DNA of 33,419 nucleotides from Candidatus Dormiibacterota bacterium (GTDB lineage: Bacteria > Chloroflexota > Dormibacteria > Aeolococcales > Bog-877), in assembly GCA_030038765.1 (NCBI GenBank), contig JASHRA010000239.1:1-33419 (forward strand), read 5' to 3'. The position numbers were made by a program, and so were the translations under genes. This document shows positions 7,290-17,274 of this stretch, in pieces; position 1 is the first letter of the stretch, and each line of letters begins with the position of its first letter. The notes under the pieces were generated by a model, which saw only the letters and a program-made list of their open reading frames with translations, did no database searches and was not told where the DNA came from.

Positions 7290-10124
7290 ATGGCGGACGA
7301 ACTGATCCCCGGGCCCGGCGCCCGTCTCGAGCTGCTCGGTGTCCCCCGGGTGCTCCACGACGGCCGGCCGGTGCACTTCGACACCCGCAAGGCGTTGGCC
7401 CTGCTGTCCCTGCTCGCGGTCTCGGCGCGGAGCGAGGGGCGGGAGCGGCTGGCGGCCCTACTCTGGCCCGACTCCGACCCCGGCCGCGCCCGGGCCGCGC
7501 TCCGCCGCACCCTCTCGGTCACCGCCGCCGCGCTGCCCGGCTGCCTGGAGGTCACCCGGGCTGCGGTCGGGCTGCGGCCGGGGGGGGTGAGCAGCGACGT
7601 CGAGGAGTTCCGCCGGCTGCTCGCTTCGGGCACACCCGAGGACTGGGAGCGGGCCGCCGCGCTCTACCGGGACGACTTCCTGCAGGGCTTCCAGCTGCGC
7701 GACAGCTCCGACTTCGAGGAGTGGCAGCTGGCCACCTCCGAGCAGCTCCGCCTCGACCTGGGGCGCCTGCTGGAGCGGCTGGTGGAGGCGCGCCTGGCGG
7801 CCTCGGCCTTCGACGCCGCCCTGGAGCCGGCCCAGCGCTGGGTCGCCCTCGACCCCCTCCACGAGCCCGCCCACCAGGCCCTGCTGCGCATCTACGGTGC
7901 CACCGGCAGGTGGTCGGCGGCGCTGCGCCAATACCGCAGCTGCGTGCGCTGGCTCGACCAGGAGCTGGGCGTGCCTCCGCTCTCCGAGACCACCGCCCTC
8001 TACGAGGCGGCGCTGGCGCAGCGCGCCGAGGCCCCAAGGCCGCCAGCCGGGGCGGCGGAGGCGGCGCCGCCGCCCCCGGCCATCCCCATGGTGGGACGCG
8101 AGTCCGAGCTGGAGCTCCTCCTCGGCAGCTGGCGCAGCGCCCGGGCCTCGGGCCGGGTCGTGGCCCTGGTGGGAGAGCCGGGGGTGGGCAAGTCCACCCT
8201 GCTGAACCATCTCTGTGCCGAGGTCGAGGAGCAGGGGGGAGGGGTGGTCCAGGTCCGCGGGCACGACGGCGAGGCCGCCATCACCTACGCCCTCGCTGTC
8301 GACGTCCTGCGCGCCTGCGTCGCTCGCCGTCACGACCTGGCCCGCCGGCTGCCGCCGGGGGTGGCCGGGGAGGTCTCCCGACTCCTGCCCGAGCTCGACC
8401 CCCAGGGCCGGGGCCAGGACGGCGACCTCCACAGCGTCGCCGCCCTGGCCCGGCTCTACCGCGCCGTGGTCGAGACCGTGGCCTTGGCCGTGAGCGCCCC
8501 CCGGGGCGTGCCCGGGGTCCTGGTGCTCGACGACCTCCACTTCGCCGACCCCCGTTCCCTCGACCTGGTCGCCTACCTCCTCCGCCGCCTCGGCGAGCTG
8601 CCCCTGCTGGTCTGCATGGCCTGGACGCCCGGGGCCGAGCCGGCTGGCCTGGGCGAGATCCGTGGCGCCCTGGCCGAGCTGACCCAGGCGGGCCGCCTGG
8701 AGCGGCTGGTGCTGGCGCCCCTGGGGCGGGAGGCGGTGGGCCAGGTGGCCCAGGCGATCCGCCTCGGGCGGGCCGACGCCGACCGCCTCCTGGCCGCCAC
8801 CGGGGGGCTGCCCCTGCTGGTCCGGGAGTACGCCCAGGTCCTCGCCGGGGGCGCCCCCTCGGCCCTGGAGGGGGTTCCGCCGACGGTGCGCCAGCTGGTC
8901 CACGCGCGGCTCGACGCCGCCGGCGAGGCGGCGCTCCAGGTCCTCACCGCGGCCGCCATCCTGGGCGGCAACTTCGACCCCGAGCTGGCCCGGGCGGTGA
9001 GCGGACGTGGGGACGGGGAGGTCGCCGACGGCCTCGATGCGGCGGTGCGCCAGGGACTTCTGGTGGAGCGGGGGGCCAGCACCGGCGGGGCTCCCGCCTA
9101 TGACTTCGCCTACGAGGCGCTGCGCCAGCTCGCCTACGAGCGGAACAGCTGGGCGCGGCGCCGGCTGCTGCACAAGCGGGCCGCGGACGCCCTGCTCCGG
9201 CGCCGGGAGCGCGAGCCCGCCCAGGTGCCCCCGGCCCGACTCGCCGACCACCTGGAGCGGGCCGGGCTGCCGGAGGAGGCCGCCGGGTGGTGGTGGCAGG
9301 CGGCCCTCCGGGCCACCAGCCTCTATGCCCACGAGCAGGCCCACGCCGCCCTGGGGCGGGCCCTGGCCTGCGGCTACCCCCGGCTGCAGGTGCTGCTGTC
9401 CGAGGGGGACACGCTCACCTTCCTGGGCCGCTACCAGGAGGCGCTGGCGGCGCTGCGGGGAGCCTCGGCGGTGAACCAGGACCCGGTCCTGGGCAGCCAG
9501 ATCGAGCGCCGCCTGGCGGAGATCCACCACCGCCTGGGCGAGTGGAGCCTGGCCCAGGCCCACCTGGAGGCGGCCCGCAGCCAGCTGCCTGACTCGGACG
9601 CTGGCAAGCGCGCCCGCCTGGAGGCCGACCTGGCCCTGCTCTCCTACCGGCAGGGCCGGCTCGCCCAGGCCACCGGCCGTGCCCGCCGCGCCCTGGCGCT
9701 GGCCGAGGGGGCCGAGGACGCCCTGGCCGCGGCCCAGGCGCTCAACGTCCTGGGCATGACCGCAGCCCACCAGGGACGCGCCGAGGAGGGGGTGGAGCTC
9801 CTGGGGCGGAGCCTGGAGCAGGCGCGGCGGGCGGGGGACATCTCGGCCCAGGTGGCCGCGCTCAACAACCTCAGCCGCAGCCTGCTCCAGTCCCAGCAGC
9901 TGGCCGGGGCCGAGGCGGCGGCGGACGAGGCGCTCCAGCTGGGGGCGGAGCTCGCCGACCGTCACCGCCTCGCCGCCCTCCACACCAACCTCGCCGATGT
10001 CCTCCACGCCCGGGGTGACCAGGAGGCGGCCGACAGCCACCTCGTGGCCTCGGCGGAGGGCTTCGCGCAGGTCGATCCGGAGGCGGGCCTGCGACCCGAG
10101 GTCTGGACGCTCGTGGAGTGGTGA
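7290..10124 (+). CDS. AfsR/SARP-family regulator: OmpR-type winged helix + BTAD + P-loop STAND NTPase + TPR repeats
   Basis: 944 aa. The N-terminus LELLGVPRVLHDGRPVHFDTRKALALLSLLAV...AALRRTL is a SARP DNA-binding domain, and the BTAD region reads HEPAHQALLRIYGATGRWSAALRQYRSCVRWLDQELGVPP. Walker A is GEPGVGKST (about 8161-8204) and Walker B is VLVLDDLHFAD. The C-terminus is TPR-like (ALNVLGMTAAHQGRAEEG..., ALNNLSRSL...). The 948-aa antisense ORF 7458..10304 is a shadow. Confidence 0.9.
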   Translation: MADELIPGPGARLELLGVPRVLHDGRPVHFDTRKALALLSLLAVSARSEGRERLAALLWPDSDPGRARAALRRTLSVTAAALPGCLEVTRAAVGLRPGGVSSDVEEFRRLLASGTPEDWERAAALYRDDFLQGFQLRDSSDFEEWQLATSEQLRLDLGRLLERLVEARLAASAFDAALEPAQRWVALDPLHEPAHQALLRIYGATGRWSAALRQYRSCVRWLDQELGVPPLSETTALYEAALAQRAEAPRPPAGAAEAAPPPPAIPMVGRESELELLLGSWRSARASGRVVALVGEPGVGKSTLLNHLCAEVEEQGGGVVQVRGHDGEAAITYALAVDVLRACVARRHDLARRLPPGVAGEVSRLLPELDPQGRGQDGDLHSVAALARLYRAVVETVALAVSAPRGVPGVLVLDDLHFADPRSLDLVAYLLRRLGELPLLVCMAWTPGAEPAGLGEIRGALAELTQAGRLERLVLAPLGREAVGQVAQAIRLGRADADRLLAATGGLPLLVREYAQVLAGGAPSALEGVPPTVRQLVHARLDAAGEAALQVLTAAAILGGNFDPELARAVSGRGDGEVADGLDAAVRQGLLVERGASTGGAPAYDFAYEALRQLAYERNSWARRRLLHKRAADALLRRREREPAQVPPARLADHLERAGLPEEAAGWWWQAALRATSLYAHEQAHAALGRALACGYPRLQVLLSEGDTLTFLGRYQEALAALRGASAVNQDPVLGSQIERRLAEIHHRLGEWSLAQAHLEAARSQLPDSDAGKRARLEADLALLSYRQGRLAQATGRARRALALAEGAEDALAAAQALNVLGMTAAHQGRAEEGVELLGRSLEQARRAGDISAQVAALNNLSRSLLQSQQLAGAEAAADEALQLGAELADRHRLAALHTNLADVLHARGDQEAADSHLVASAEGFAQVDPEAGLRPEVWTLVEW

Positions 10125-10277
10125 CGGAGCCGGTGCTCCGGGGAGAGCCGCCCGACGCAAGGCGGGTGCCGCCTCCGAACTGGGATCCGTTCTTCGCGGA
10201 TGACTGGCGGCAAGGATCACCTCCACTGCTGGGCAGGATGAGCACTCCGCCGCGCCCCCACCTACACTCGCGGCCAT

Positions 10278-10736
10278 GTGGAAGCGAGCACTTTGACTCT
10301 CCACGGATCACGGTCGCGACTGAGGCCATGGGTGCTTGCTACGTTGCTGGCGTTGACGGGAACGTCCTTGTTCGGGCTCTCAGGAGCGAGCTCTGCGGCG
10401 GCCTCGACGAGCCCGAGTCCCTACCCACAGAGTCTGTCTCCCGCGCTGACGCTGCCGGCGTTCGCCGCGGTCCCGACGCCAAATGCCTCCGCACCGATCA
10501 GCGCCTGGCAGGCGTGGGCCACGGCAGAGACCCGATGCATCGAGTCCCTTCCGATTGCTCAGCTCGTTGGCCCCGGCTACTCTCTGGTCAGTCTCAGGTT
10601 CGTCACTGTTGCGGGTGGCCCCGGCGTCGGCACTCCATCGGGCATCACGCTCACTGGAGTGGTCATAACGGCGTCGCGGACCGACGCTGCCGCCTCCGCT
10701 GAGCCCACGTCGGCGCGAAAAACTGCGGTGCCTTAG
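10278..10736 (+). CDS. Small secreted protein of unknown function (signal peptide)
   Basis: 152 aa with a basic n-region (GSRSRLRPW), a hydrophobic core (VLATLLALTGTSLFGL) and an AAAS cleavage-like site, followed by a Ser/Pro/Ala/Thr-rich mature part. It lies in a visibly lower-GC patch. No family recognised and the start codon is uncertain. Confidence 0.5.
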   Translation: MEASTLTLHGSRSRLRPWVLATLLALTGTSLFGLSGASSAAASTSPSPYPQSLSPALTLPAFAAVPTPNASAPISAWQAWATAETRCIESLPIAQLVGPGYSLVSLRFVTVAGGPGVGTPSGITLTGVVITASRTDAAASAEPTSARKTAVP

Positions 10737-10900
10737 CTCTCTCGCATCTCTTCATTGCGACTAGGACACTGCGCATCGTCGGACTCTGAGCTCTCGTGGG
10801 GCCACATCAAGCGCCGGGTCAACAGCCCGCGACGCTTGCACGGAGAGGCTCCCCACACTTGGTCTCGTGGGCAGAGGAGCCTCGCGCGTGGCGAGCACAC

Positions 10901-10935
10901 TGAGGCACCCACCGCGGCGACGCGGCAGCGCCTCA
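10901..10935. terminator. Composite hairpin between convergent genes (candidate terminator)
   Basis: TGAGGC (10901-10906) pairs with GCCTCA (10930-10935). These enclose CCGCG (10912-10916) paired with CGCGG (10921-10925) around a GCGA tetraloop. It lies between stops at 10736 (+) and 10968 (-). There is no T-tract. Confidence 0.35.
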
Positions 10936-10967
10936 CCAAGGCTGAGCGTCCCGCCTCAGAGATCCGA

Positions 10968-12224
10968 TCATGGATCGGCGGGGTCACGGCCGGTCGTGCA
11001 CTTCCCGATGATCCCTCCCGCCTCCAGTTCGTCCAGCTGTGGCCCCTCCAGCCCGAGACGGCTGGAGAGCACACTCCGAGTGTGCTGCCCCAGCAGGGGA
11101 GCCGGACCCAGGCGACGAGGGGACGCATTGCCCATCCGGATCGGACTGCCGAAGTACCTCACCTTTCCCATCGTGGGGTGCGTGTGACTCGGCAGCATCC
11201 CCCGGAAGCGCACCTGCCCGTCCCCGACCACCTGCTTCAGCTGCCTCACCTCGGCCGACGGGATGCTGGCCTCCCGCAGCAGCCGCGCCACCTCCTTGGC
11301 TGCTCTGCTCCGCGTCCAGCCGTCGACGGCGGCGTCAACCTCGTCCATGTGGCCCACCCGCAGCGGGGTCGTACCGAGGTCGCCCCGCTCCGCCAGGTCC
11401 GGCCGTCCCAGGACCCGGCAGAGAGACTGCCAATGGGCATCCGTGACGCAGAAGACGGCCACCCATCCGTCGCTGCAGCCGTAGACGTTGTAGGGGCTCA
11501 TCGCCATGCCCCCGTGACGGTTCCCGTTCCGCTCCCGCGGGGGCAGCGTCCCCTCGAACAGACCGCCGAGGTTGGACGCCAGCGTCGGTATCACCGCGTC
11601 CTGCATCGAGACCTCGACCAGCTGGCCTGACCCTGTCCTCCCGCGCTCCAGCAGTGCCGCCAGGATGCCGAGACAGAGGTGCACGCCGCCCATGAAGTCG
11701 GCCACGGCGACGCCGGCCTTGACGGGGGGGCTGTCGGGGAAGCCGGTGACGGACATCACCCCGGTCATGGCCTGCACGGTGAGGTCCATGGCCGGCAGCT
11801 CCCGGTCGGGACCGCTCCTGCCGAAGCCGCTGCTGGAGCCCAGGATCAGGCGCTCGTTGACGGAGTGGAGGACGTCGAATCCCAGACCCAGGCGCTCCAT
11901 CACGCCGTAGGCAAAGTTCTCGATCACCACGTCGGCGGTCTGGGCCAGCGAGAGGAAGAGATCCCGACCCGGCTCCGTCTTCAGATCGATGGCGATGCCA
12001 CGCTTCCCCGCGTTCAGCATGAGGAACGGGTACGCCTCGCGCGAGGCGCTCCGCCAGCGGGTGGGCTCGCCGCCCAGCGGCTCGACCTTGACCACGTCGG
12101 CGCCGAGGTGCGCCAGCAGCAGGCCGCAGTAGGGGCCGTTGTAGATCTGTCCCAGTTCCAGGACCAGCAGGCCGGCGAGCGGTCCCCTGGTGGAGGGCCT
12201 GGCCCGCGTCCTAGGCTTCTCCAC
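10968..12224 (-). CDS. Family III CoA-transferase (CaiB/BaiF/formyl-CoA transferase family)
   Basis: 418 aa. PLAGLLVLELGQIYNGPYCGLLLAHLGADVVKVEP...NAGKRGIAIDLK...ADVVIENF...GFG..GP is the typical N-terminal signature of this family. Confidence 0.9.
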   Translation of the reverse strand: MEKPRTRARPSTRGPLAGLLVLELGQIYNGPYCGLLLAHLGADVVKVEPLGGEPTRWRSASREAYPFLMLNAGKRGIAIDLKTEPGRDLFLSLAQTADVVIENFAYGVMERLGLGFDVLHSVNERLILGSSSGFGRSGPDRELPAMDLTVQAMTGVMSVTGFPDSPPVKAGVAVADFMGGVHLCLGILAALLERGRTGSGQLVEVSMQDAVIPTLASNLGGLFEGTLPPRERNGNRHGGMAMSPYNVYGCSDGWVAVFCVTDAHWQSLCRVLGRPDLAERGDLGTTPLRVGHMDEVDAAVDGWTRSRAAKEVARLLREASIPSAEVRQLKQVVGDGQVRFRGMLPSHTHPTMGKVRYFGSPIRMGNASPRRLGPAPLLGQHTRSVLSSRLGLEGPQLDELEAGGIIGKCTTGRDPADP

Positions 12225-12512
12225 CGCTCACCGTGCGCTCCGGACACCGGAGCTGACCGCGGCGGCGCGCGGCCGCCTGCGACGGTCCACGACAGACCTG
12301 AGTAGGGAGCGCACAGCGGGCGGGGAGCGATGACCGCCGAGCGCCGCGAGTGCGACCGTCGCTCGCTGCCGGGCGCCCTGTGCTGGCCACGCTGGTGGGT
12401 AGCCTACCTGCCCGCGCGCGCGACCGGCCCACACCCTCGCACACCTCCCTCCCGGCCCGTGCCTGCCTGCCCTCGGGCCCGGGGCGGCCGGTTGGCGGCC
12501 CGGGAGGTCGAG

Positions 12513-13514
12513 TCAGTGGGCGCCGTCGGCGCCGTGCCCGGCGGGCACCAGCTCGGCCTCGGGCGGGGGACCGGGCGCGGTCCCCTCACCGAAGGGGCTG
12601 CCGCCCAGCCTCTCGCGCCCGTGGGGCAGGAGCCAGCCACTCTGATCCGGTCCCAGCGGCACCACCTGGGTCGGGTTTATGTCCCGGTGGACAACGTAGT
12701 AGTGGCGCTTGATGTGCTCGAAGTCGATGGTGTCGCCGAAGCCCGGGGTCTGGAAGAGGTCGCGCGCGTAGGCCCAGAGCACCGGCATCTCGGTCAGCTT
12801 GCTCCGGTTGCACTTGAAGTGGCCGTGGTAGACGGCGTCGAAGCGAACCAGGGTGCAGAAGAGGCGGACGTCCGCCTCGCTGATGCTCTCGCCCACCAGG
12901 TAGCGACGCTGGCGGAGCCGCTCCCCGAGCCAGTCCAGGCGCTCGAAGAGGCGGCGGTAGGCGTCCTCGTAGGCTCGCTGCGAGCGGGCGAAGCCGGCCC
13001 GGTAGACGCCGTCGTTGACGTCCTCGTAGATCACCTGCGAGAGCTCGTCGATCTGGCCCCGGAGCGCCTCCGGGTAGAGCTCCGGGGCTCCCGGGCGGTG
13101 CAGCTCGCGCCACTCCGTCTCCAGGTCCAGCGTGATGCGGTGGAGGTCGTTGGTGACAACCCTGCCGCTCCCGACGTCGACGATGGCGGGCACGATGACG
13201 CCCCGGTCGTAGCCGGGCACGGCGCGCTCGTAGGCCTCGGCCAGGCGCTCGATGCCGAGCACCGGGTCCCGGCCTCCCGGGTCGAGGTCGAAGGTCCAGC
13301 TGCGGGCGTCGTGGGTGGGGCCGGCGATGGCGAGGGAGATGACCGGCTCCAGGCCCAGGAGCCGGCGCACGATCACGGCCCGGTTGGCCCAGGGACAGGC
13401 CCGCGACACCACCAGGCGGTAGCGGCCGGGCTCGACCGGCCAGCCCTCGCGCCCGTCGGCGGTGATCCGGGCCCGCAGGTAGCGGGTGTCGCGCTCGAAG
13501 TTGCCGGTCGCCAC
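12513..13514 (-). CDS. Xi-class glutathione transferase / glutathionyl-hydroquinone reductase family (YqjG/ECM4-like)
   Basis: 333 aa. [27 protein letters not shown] carries the CPWA(H/N)R catalytic-Cys motif. It also has [26 protein letters not shown] and [12 protein letters not shown]. Confidence 0.9.
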   Translation of the reverse strand: MATGNFERDTRYLRARITADGREGWPVEPGRYRLVVSRACPWANRAVIVRRLLGLEPVISLAIAGPTHDARSWTFDLDPGGRDPVLGIERLAEAYERAVPGYDRGVIVPAIVDVGSGRVVTNDLHRITLDLETEWRELHRPGAPELYPEALRGQIDELSQVIYEDVNDGVYRAGFARSQRAYEDAYRRLFERLDWLGERLRQRRYLVGESISEADVRLFCTLVRFDAVYHGHFKCNRSKLTEMPVLWAYARDLFQTPGFGDTIDFEHIKRHYYVVHRDINPTQVVPLGPDQSGWLLPHGRERLGGSPFGEGTAPGPPPEAELVPAGHGADGAH

Positions 13515-13658
13515 CGGCCCAACATAGCGGCCCCGTCGGCGGGGACCGCCGGGACTGCTAGGCTGGCCCCAGCAGGGCGCCGGCTCCAGGTGGTCCCGGA
13601 CGCGGGCGCCGGCGCGGCGCGGGCCCGGCGGCCCGCCGGCAGTGAAGGAGATCCCAAC

Positions 13659-14645
13659 ATGGAAATGCCCTACCGACGTCTCGGCCGCTCCGGGCTCAAG
13701 GTGAGCCTGCTCTCGCTGGGGTCATGGGTCAGCTTCGGGACCCAGGTGGACGAGGACCGGGCCCTGGACTGCATGACGGCGGCCCACGAGGCCGGCGTCA
13801 ACTTCTTCGACAACGCCGAGGTCTACGCCGGCGGGGAGTCGGAGCGGATCATGGGCCGGGCCCTGGCCCGGGCCGGCTGGGGCCGCACCAGCTACGTCGT
13901 CTCGACCAAGTTCTTCTGGGGCATCGACGGCGGTGTCAACAGCAGTGACACGCTCAACCGCAAGTACCTGCTGCAGGCCATCGAGGGCTCCCTGGGGCGG
14001 TTCGGCCTGGACTTCGTCGACCTCGCCTTCTGCCACCGGGCCGACCCCCAGACGCCCATCGAGGAGACGGTCTGGGCCATGCACGACATCGTCAGCTCGG
14101 GGCGGGCTCTCTACTGGGGCACCTCGGAGTGGAGCGCGGACGAGATCCGGGCCGCGATGGAGATCGCGGAGCGCCACCACCTCCACAAGCCGGTGATGGA
14201 GCAGCCCCAGTACAACCTGCTCAACCGCAAGAAGGTGGAGCAGGACTACCTGCGCCTCTACCAGGACTGGGGCCTGGGCCTCACCACCTGGAGCCCGCTG
14301 GCCTCGGGTCTGCTGACCGGCAAGTACCTGAACGGGATCCCCGAGGGCAGCCGGGGCAGCCTCCAGGGCTACGAGTGGCTGCGGGAGATGCTGCTGGACC
14401 GGGAGGCCAACCAGAAGGTGGAGCGGCTCAAGGGGCTGGCCGACGAGCTCGGCTGCACCCTGGCCCAGCTGGCCCTCGCCTGGTGCGCCCACAACCCCCA
14501 CGTCTCCACCGTGATCACCGGGGCCACCAGCGTCGAGCAGGTGCGGCAGAACCTGGGTGCGCTGGAGGTGCTGGAGCGGCTCAGCCCGGAGCTGCTGGCC
14601 CGGATCGACGAGATCTTCCCCGCCCCGCCCCCGCCTGAGGACTGA
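13659..14645 (+). CDS. Aldo/keto reductase, Kv-beta-subunit-like subfamily
   Basis: ATG at 13659 with GAAGGAG at 13644-13650 (8-nt spacer). Translation reads [27 protein letters not shown]...[18 protein letters not shown]...FCHRADP...YWGTSEWS...QPQYNLL. The 771-aa track ORF 12330..14645 is this gene plus a spurious N-terminal extension antisense to the GST gene. Confidence 0.9.
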   Translation: MEMPYRRLGRSGLKVSLLSLGSWVSFGTQVDEDRALDCMTAAHEAGVNFFDNAEVYAGGESERIMGRALARAGWGRTSYVVSTKFFWGIDGGVNSSDTLNRKYLLQAIEGSLGRFGLDFVDLAFCHRADPQTPIEETVWAMHDIVSSGRALYWGTSEWSADEIRAAMEIAERHHLHKPVMEQPQYNLLNRKKVEQDYLRLYQDWGLGLTTWSPLASGLLTGKYLNGIPEGSRGSLQGYEWLREMLLDREANQKVERLKGLADELGCTLAQLALAWCAHNPHVSTVITGATSVEQVRQNLGALEVLERLSPELLARIDEIFPAPPPPED

Positions 14646-14683
14646 GCCGGGGCGGCTCCCGCGGCGGCCCCGGCGGGCTCAGT
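14641..14683. terminator. Imperfect GC hairpin spanning both convergent stop codons (candidate bidirectional terminator)
   Basis: ACTGAGCC (14641-14648) pairs with GGCTCAGT (14676-14683), and GGGGC (14649-14653) pairs with GCCCC (14667-14671). There is a 4-nt bulge and a 13-nt loop. The stem includes the TGA of the AKR gene and the stop of the oxidase gene. Confidence 0.45.
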
Positions 14684-16067
14684 CCCGGACCGAGAGGCCG
14701 AAGCGGAAGAGGCCCTCCGGGTCGTAGCGCTGGGCCAGGGCGCGGAGCCGCTGGTAGTTGTCCGGGGTCCAGGCCCGGGCGCGGTCGGCGGCGTCCCCGG
14801 GCTGGCCGTGGAAGTTCGCGAAGGTGTGGCCGGTCGACCAAGGGCGGACAGCCTCCACGACCGCGTCCAGGGACGCGGCCAGCCCAGGGGCCGTCTCCGG
14901 TGTGAGGACGCCCACGGCGAAGACGGTGAAGGCGGCGTCCCGAGCCCCGATGGCATTGCCACCCTCAGGCTCGCGGGACAGCTCCCCGCCCAGCAGGCGC
15001 AGCTCACAGACCAGGATCGGCACCCTCTGCTCCGGCCCGACCACTCCCAGGAGCGCCTCGACCGCCTCCGGCGGCAGCTCCCGGAGCAGGCCGCCCCGCT
15101 CCTCGTAGGGGAGGGGGGAATCGGGGTCCATGTGGACCGAGTCGAGGGCGGAGTAGGGGATGCGCTGAACGCCGTCGATCAGTGCCGGGGCCAGCCCCCG
15201 CATGGGCTCCAGCAGGCGCGCCCCCTCGGCGTCCTCGCCCAGGTGGCAGAAGCGCAGCTGGACCACGGTCTGGCCCCGGAGCGGCTCGGGTAGCTGGGGC
15301 AGCGGCGGCAGTCGCAGGACCGCCACCGACCCGGCACTGTCGGTGCCCAGCGTCGAGGCCCAGGCGGGGAAGGCGCGCAGCACCTCGGCGATGTGGTCCT
15401 GGCCGTAGAAGATGCAGCCCCCGTAGACCGACGCCACCTGGGGCAGCGAGATGGTGAGCGAGGTCACCACTCCGAGGTTGCCCTTGCCTCCGCGCAGGCC
15501 CCAGAAGAGGTCCGGGTTGTGCTCCCGGTCCACCCGCCTGACCTCCCCGTCCCCGGTGACCACCTCCAGCTCCTCCACGTGGTCCGCGGCGAAGCCGAAG
15601 GCGCGGCCCAGCACCGGCAGGCCCCCGCCCAGGCAGAAGCCGGTGACCCCGACCCCGGAGGAGGAGCCGCAGAGGGCGGCCAGCCCGTAGGGGGCGGCCG
15701 CCTCCATCACCTGCTTCCAGGTAACCCCGGGACCGACCGTGACGGAGTGGCGCTCTGGGTCCAGGCGCAACTCCTGCATGCGCCGGGTGCTGATCAGCAG
15801 CCCCCGGTCGATGGTGGTGGGCCCGAGGGCGCAGCCGTGGCCGGTGGAGAGAACTCCCACCGGCAGCCCCTGCTCGCCAGCGTAGCGGACGGCCTCGGCG
15901 ACGTCGTCGCGGTCGGCGGCGCAGACCAAGAGCTGGGGATGGGGCACCGCGGCCAGGTTGAAGGCTGAGCACTCCTCCTCCCAGTCCGCGCCGCCTGGCG
16001 CCTGGACGGATCCCCTGAGGCGCTCCCCAAGGGCCCGGACGTGATCTTGCGCGCCCCCTACTGGCAC
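14679..16067 (-). CDS. FAD-linked oxidase (FAD_binding_4 / BBE-like family)
   Basis: 462 aa; GTG at 16067 preceded by GGGAGGAGGAG. It carries PxxLxxxxxxxDVxxAVRYA, GHG, GPGVTWKQV and GxCxGVGVTGFxLGGG FAD-binding motifs. The C-terminus (...NYQRLRALAQRYDPEGLFRF) is typical of BBE-type oxidases. Confidence 0.88.
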   Translation of the reverse strand: MPVGGAQDHVRALGERLRGSVQAPGGADWEEECSAFNLAAVPHPQLLVCAADRDDVAEAVRYAGEQGLPVGVLSTGHGCALGPTTIDRGLLISTRRMQELRLDPERHSVTVGPGVTWKQVMEAAAPYGLAALCGSSSGVGVTGFCLGGGLPVLGRAFGFAADHVEELEVVTGDGEVRRVDREHNPDLFWGLRGGKGNLGVVTSLTISLPQVASVYGGCIFYGQDHIAEVLRAFPAWASTLGTDSAGSVAVLRLPPLPQLPEPLRGQTVVQLRFCHLGEDAEGARLLEPMRGLAPALIDGVQRIPYSALDSVHMDPDSPLPYEERGGLLRELPPEAVEALLGVVGPEQRVPILVCELRLLGGELSREPEGGNAIGARDAAFTVFAVGVLTPETAPGLAASLDAVVEAVRPWSTGHTFANFHGQPGDAADRARAWTPDNYQRLRALAQRYDPEGLFRFGLSVRD

Positions 16068-16176
16068 TGCTCCTCCTCCCTGCCGGGGCGGCCTCTACCG
16101 CCCTCCAAGACCGCCGGCCCGGCCCCTGGGCGCGAGCCAGGGACAGTCTAGGTGCACTTGCCGGACGAGCCGCTCG

Positions 16177-17001
16177 CTACCGGGGCGCATTGCCCAGCGC
16201 GCCTCTCGCTGTGAGCTCCCGCAGCTGGCACTGGTGCACGGCCGCCACCCAGGTGTAGGTCGCCGACGGACCTGTCCGCGGGTCGGTGGGAGCGGCAGCG
16301 TCGGTCAGCCCATCCAGGTACGCGCGATCCTGCTCGATCCGCCGGTGCAGCTCGCCGGTCCCGCCGACGGAGCCGTGGCCGGGGACGAGGACCTCGACGC
16401 CCTCGCCCACGTCCTCGAGCAGGCGCAGCCCGGCGAGGTAGTCCTCGAGAGGCTCTGGTGCGCCGACGTCGAGCAAGGGAACCAGGACATCGGAGAGCAT
16501 GTCGCCGGCGACGAGGACGCCACGTTCCTCGATCAACAGCGCGGCATGGCCGGGCGCATGTCCCCGATGCTCGATGATGCGGACACGGGGGCCGTGCCAG
16601 GGAAGGTACGTGGCTCCCTCCGGCAGCCCGGTGACGAGACCGAAGAGGTCGAGGAGTACCTCCGCGGCGACATCAGGCGGCATCCGCTGGGCGACCACGC
16701 CCTCCCAGTTCGGGGTCGACAGCAGGGCCTGGACGGTGGCCGCGCCGCGGGCTGTGCCGTACCGGGGCGCTGGTCCGAGTTGGGCGTGCCAGAGCAGGTG
16801 ATCCCAATGGGGATGTGTCGAGAACCCTGCCACGACCGGCTGACCCAGATCTCGGAGGTCCCTGGCGAGTGCCTCCATTTCGTGCCCCAGGATCCCGGGG
16901 TCGATGAGCAAGACACCAGCCCCGCCCATCACCACCACGGCATTGCTCTTGCAGAACTGGCTCTCTTGGACGAGCACCCCCTCCGCCGCTTCCCTCAGCA
17001 T
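16177..17001 (-). CDS. MBL-fold metallo-hydrolase
   Basis: 274 aa with the HxHxDH motif (STHPHWDH), later GHAPGH and LVAGD, and a PGHG segment. Confidence 0.85.
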   Translation of the reverse strand: MLREAAEGVLVQESQFCKSNAVVVMGGAGVLLIDPGILGHEMEALARDLRDLGQPVVAGFSTHPHWDHLLWHAQLGPAPRYGTARGAATVQALLSTPNWEGVVAQRMPPDVAAEVLLDLFGLVTGLPEGATYLPWHGPRVRIIEHRGHAPGHAALLIEERGVLVAGDMLSDVLVPLLDVGAPEPLEDYLAGLRLLEDVGEGVEVLVPGHGSVGGTGELHRRIEQDRAYLDGLTDAAAPTDPRTGPSATYTWVAAVHQCQLRELTARGALGNAPR

Positions 17002-17274
17002 CGGACTCCGCTCACCCCCGGATTCAGTTCGCTTGGCGGCGCGCTGGTGCCTTCACGCATCACTCCGCCCGTGACCGATTCTCGTCCCCACGGCTCAGGG
17101 CCGCCAGCCGTGTCGGGCCTTGTTTGCCCGCGGCCTGGCTCCACGCGCCTCCCGAGGTCAATCGGGCGGGGACGTCACTCACGGTGGCGGAGATGGTCGG
17201 CCATCCCCTGCACCTTTCCGGACGGTACAGAAATCGGTCGTGCTCGTGGACGTTTGGGACACGGCCAGGCCGGC

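Noticed and set aside
7458-10304. 948-aa ORF antisense to the SARP regulator gene
   Set aside because: It has extreme R/P/G/A/L composition, no recognisable motifs, and lies exactly opposite a gene with clear domain signatures. This is a typical high-GC shadow frame.
12330-13658. Long N-terminal extension of the aldo-keto reductase ORF (771-aa track ORF)
   Set aside because: The extension is antisense to the well-supported GST gene and is compositionally shadow-like. A strong RBS plus ATG at 13659 gives a full-length AKR.
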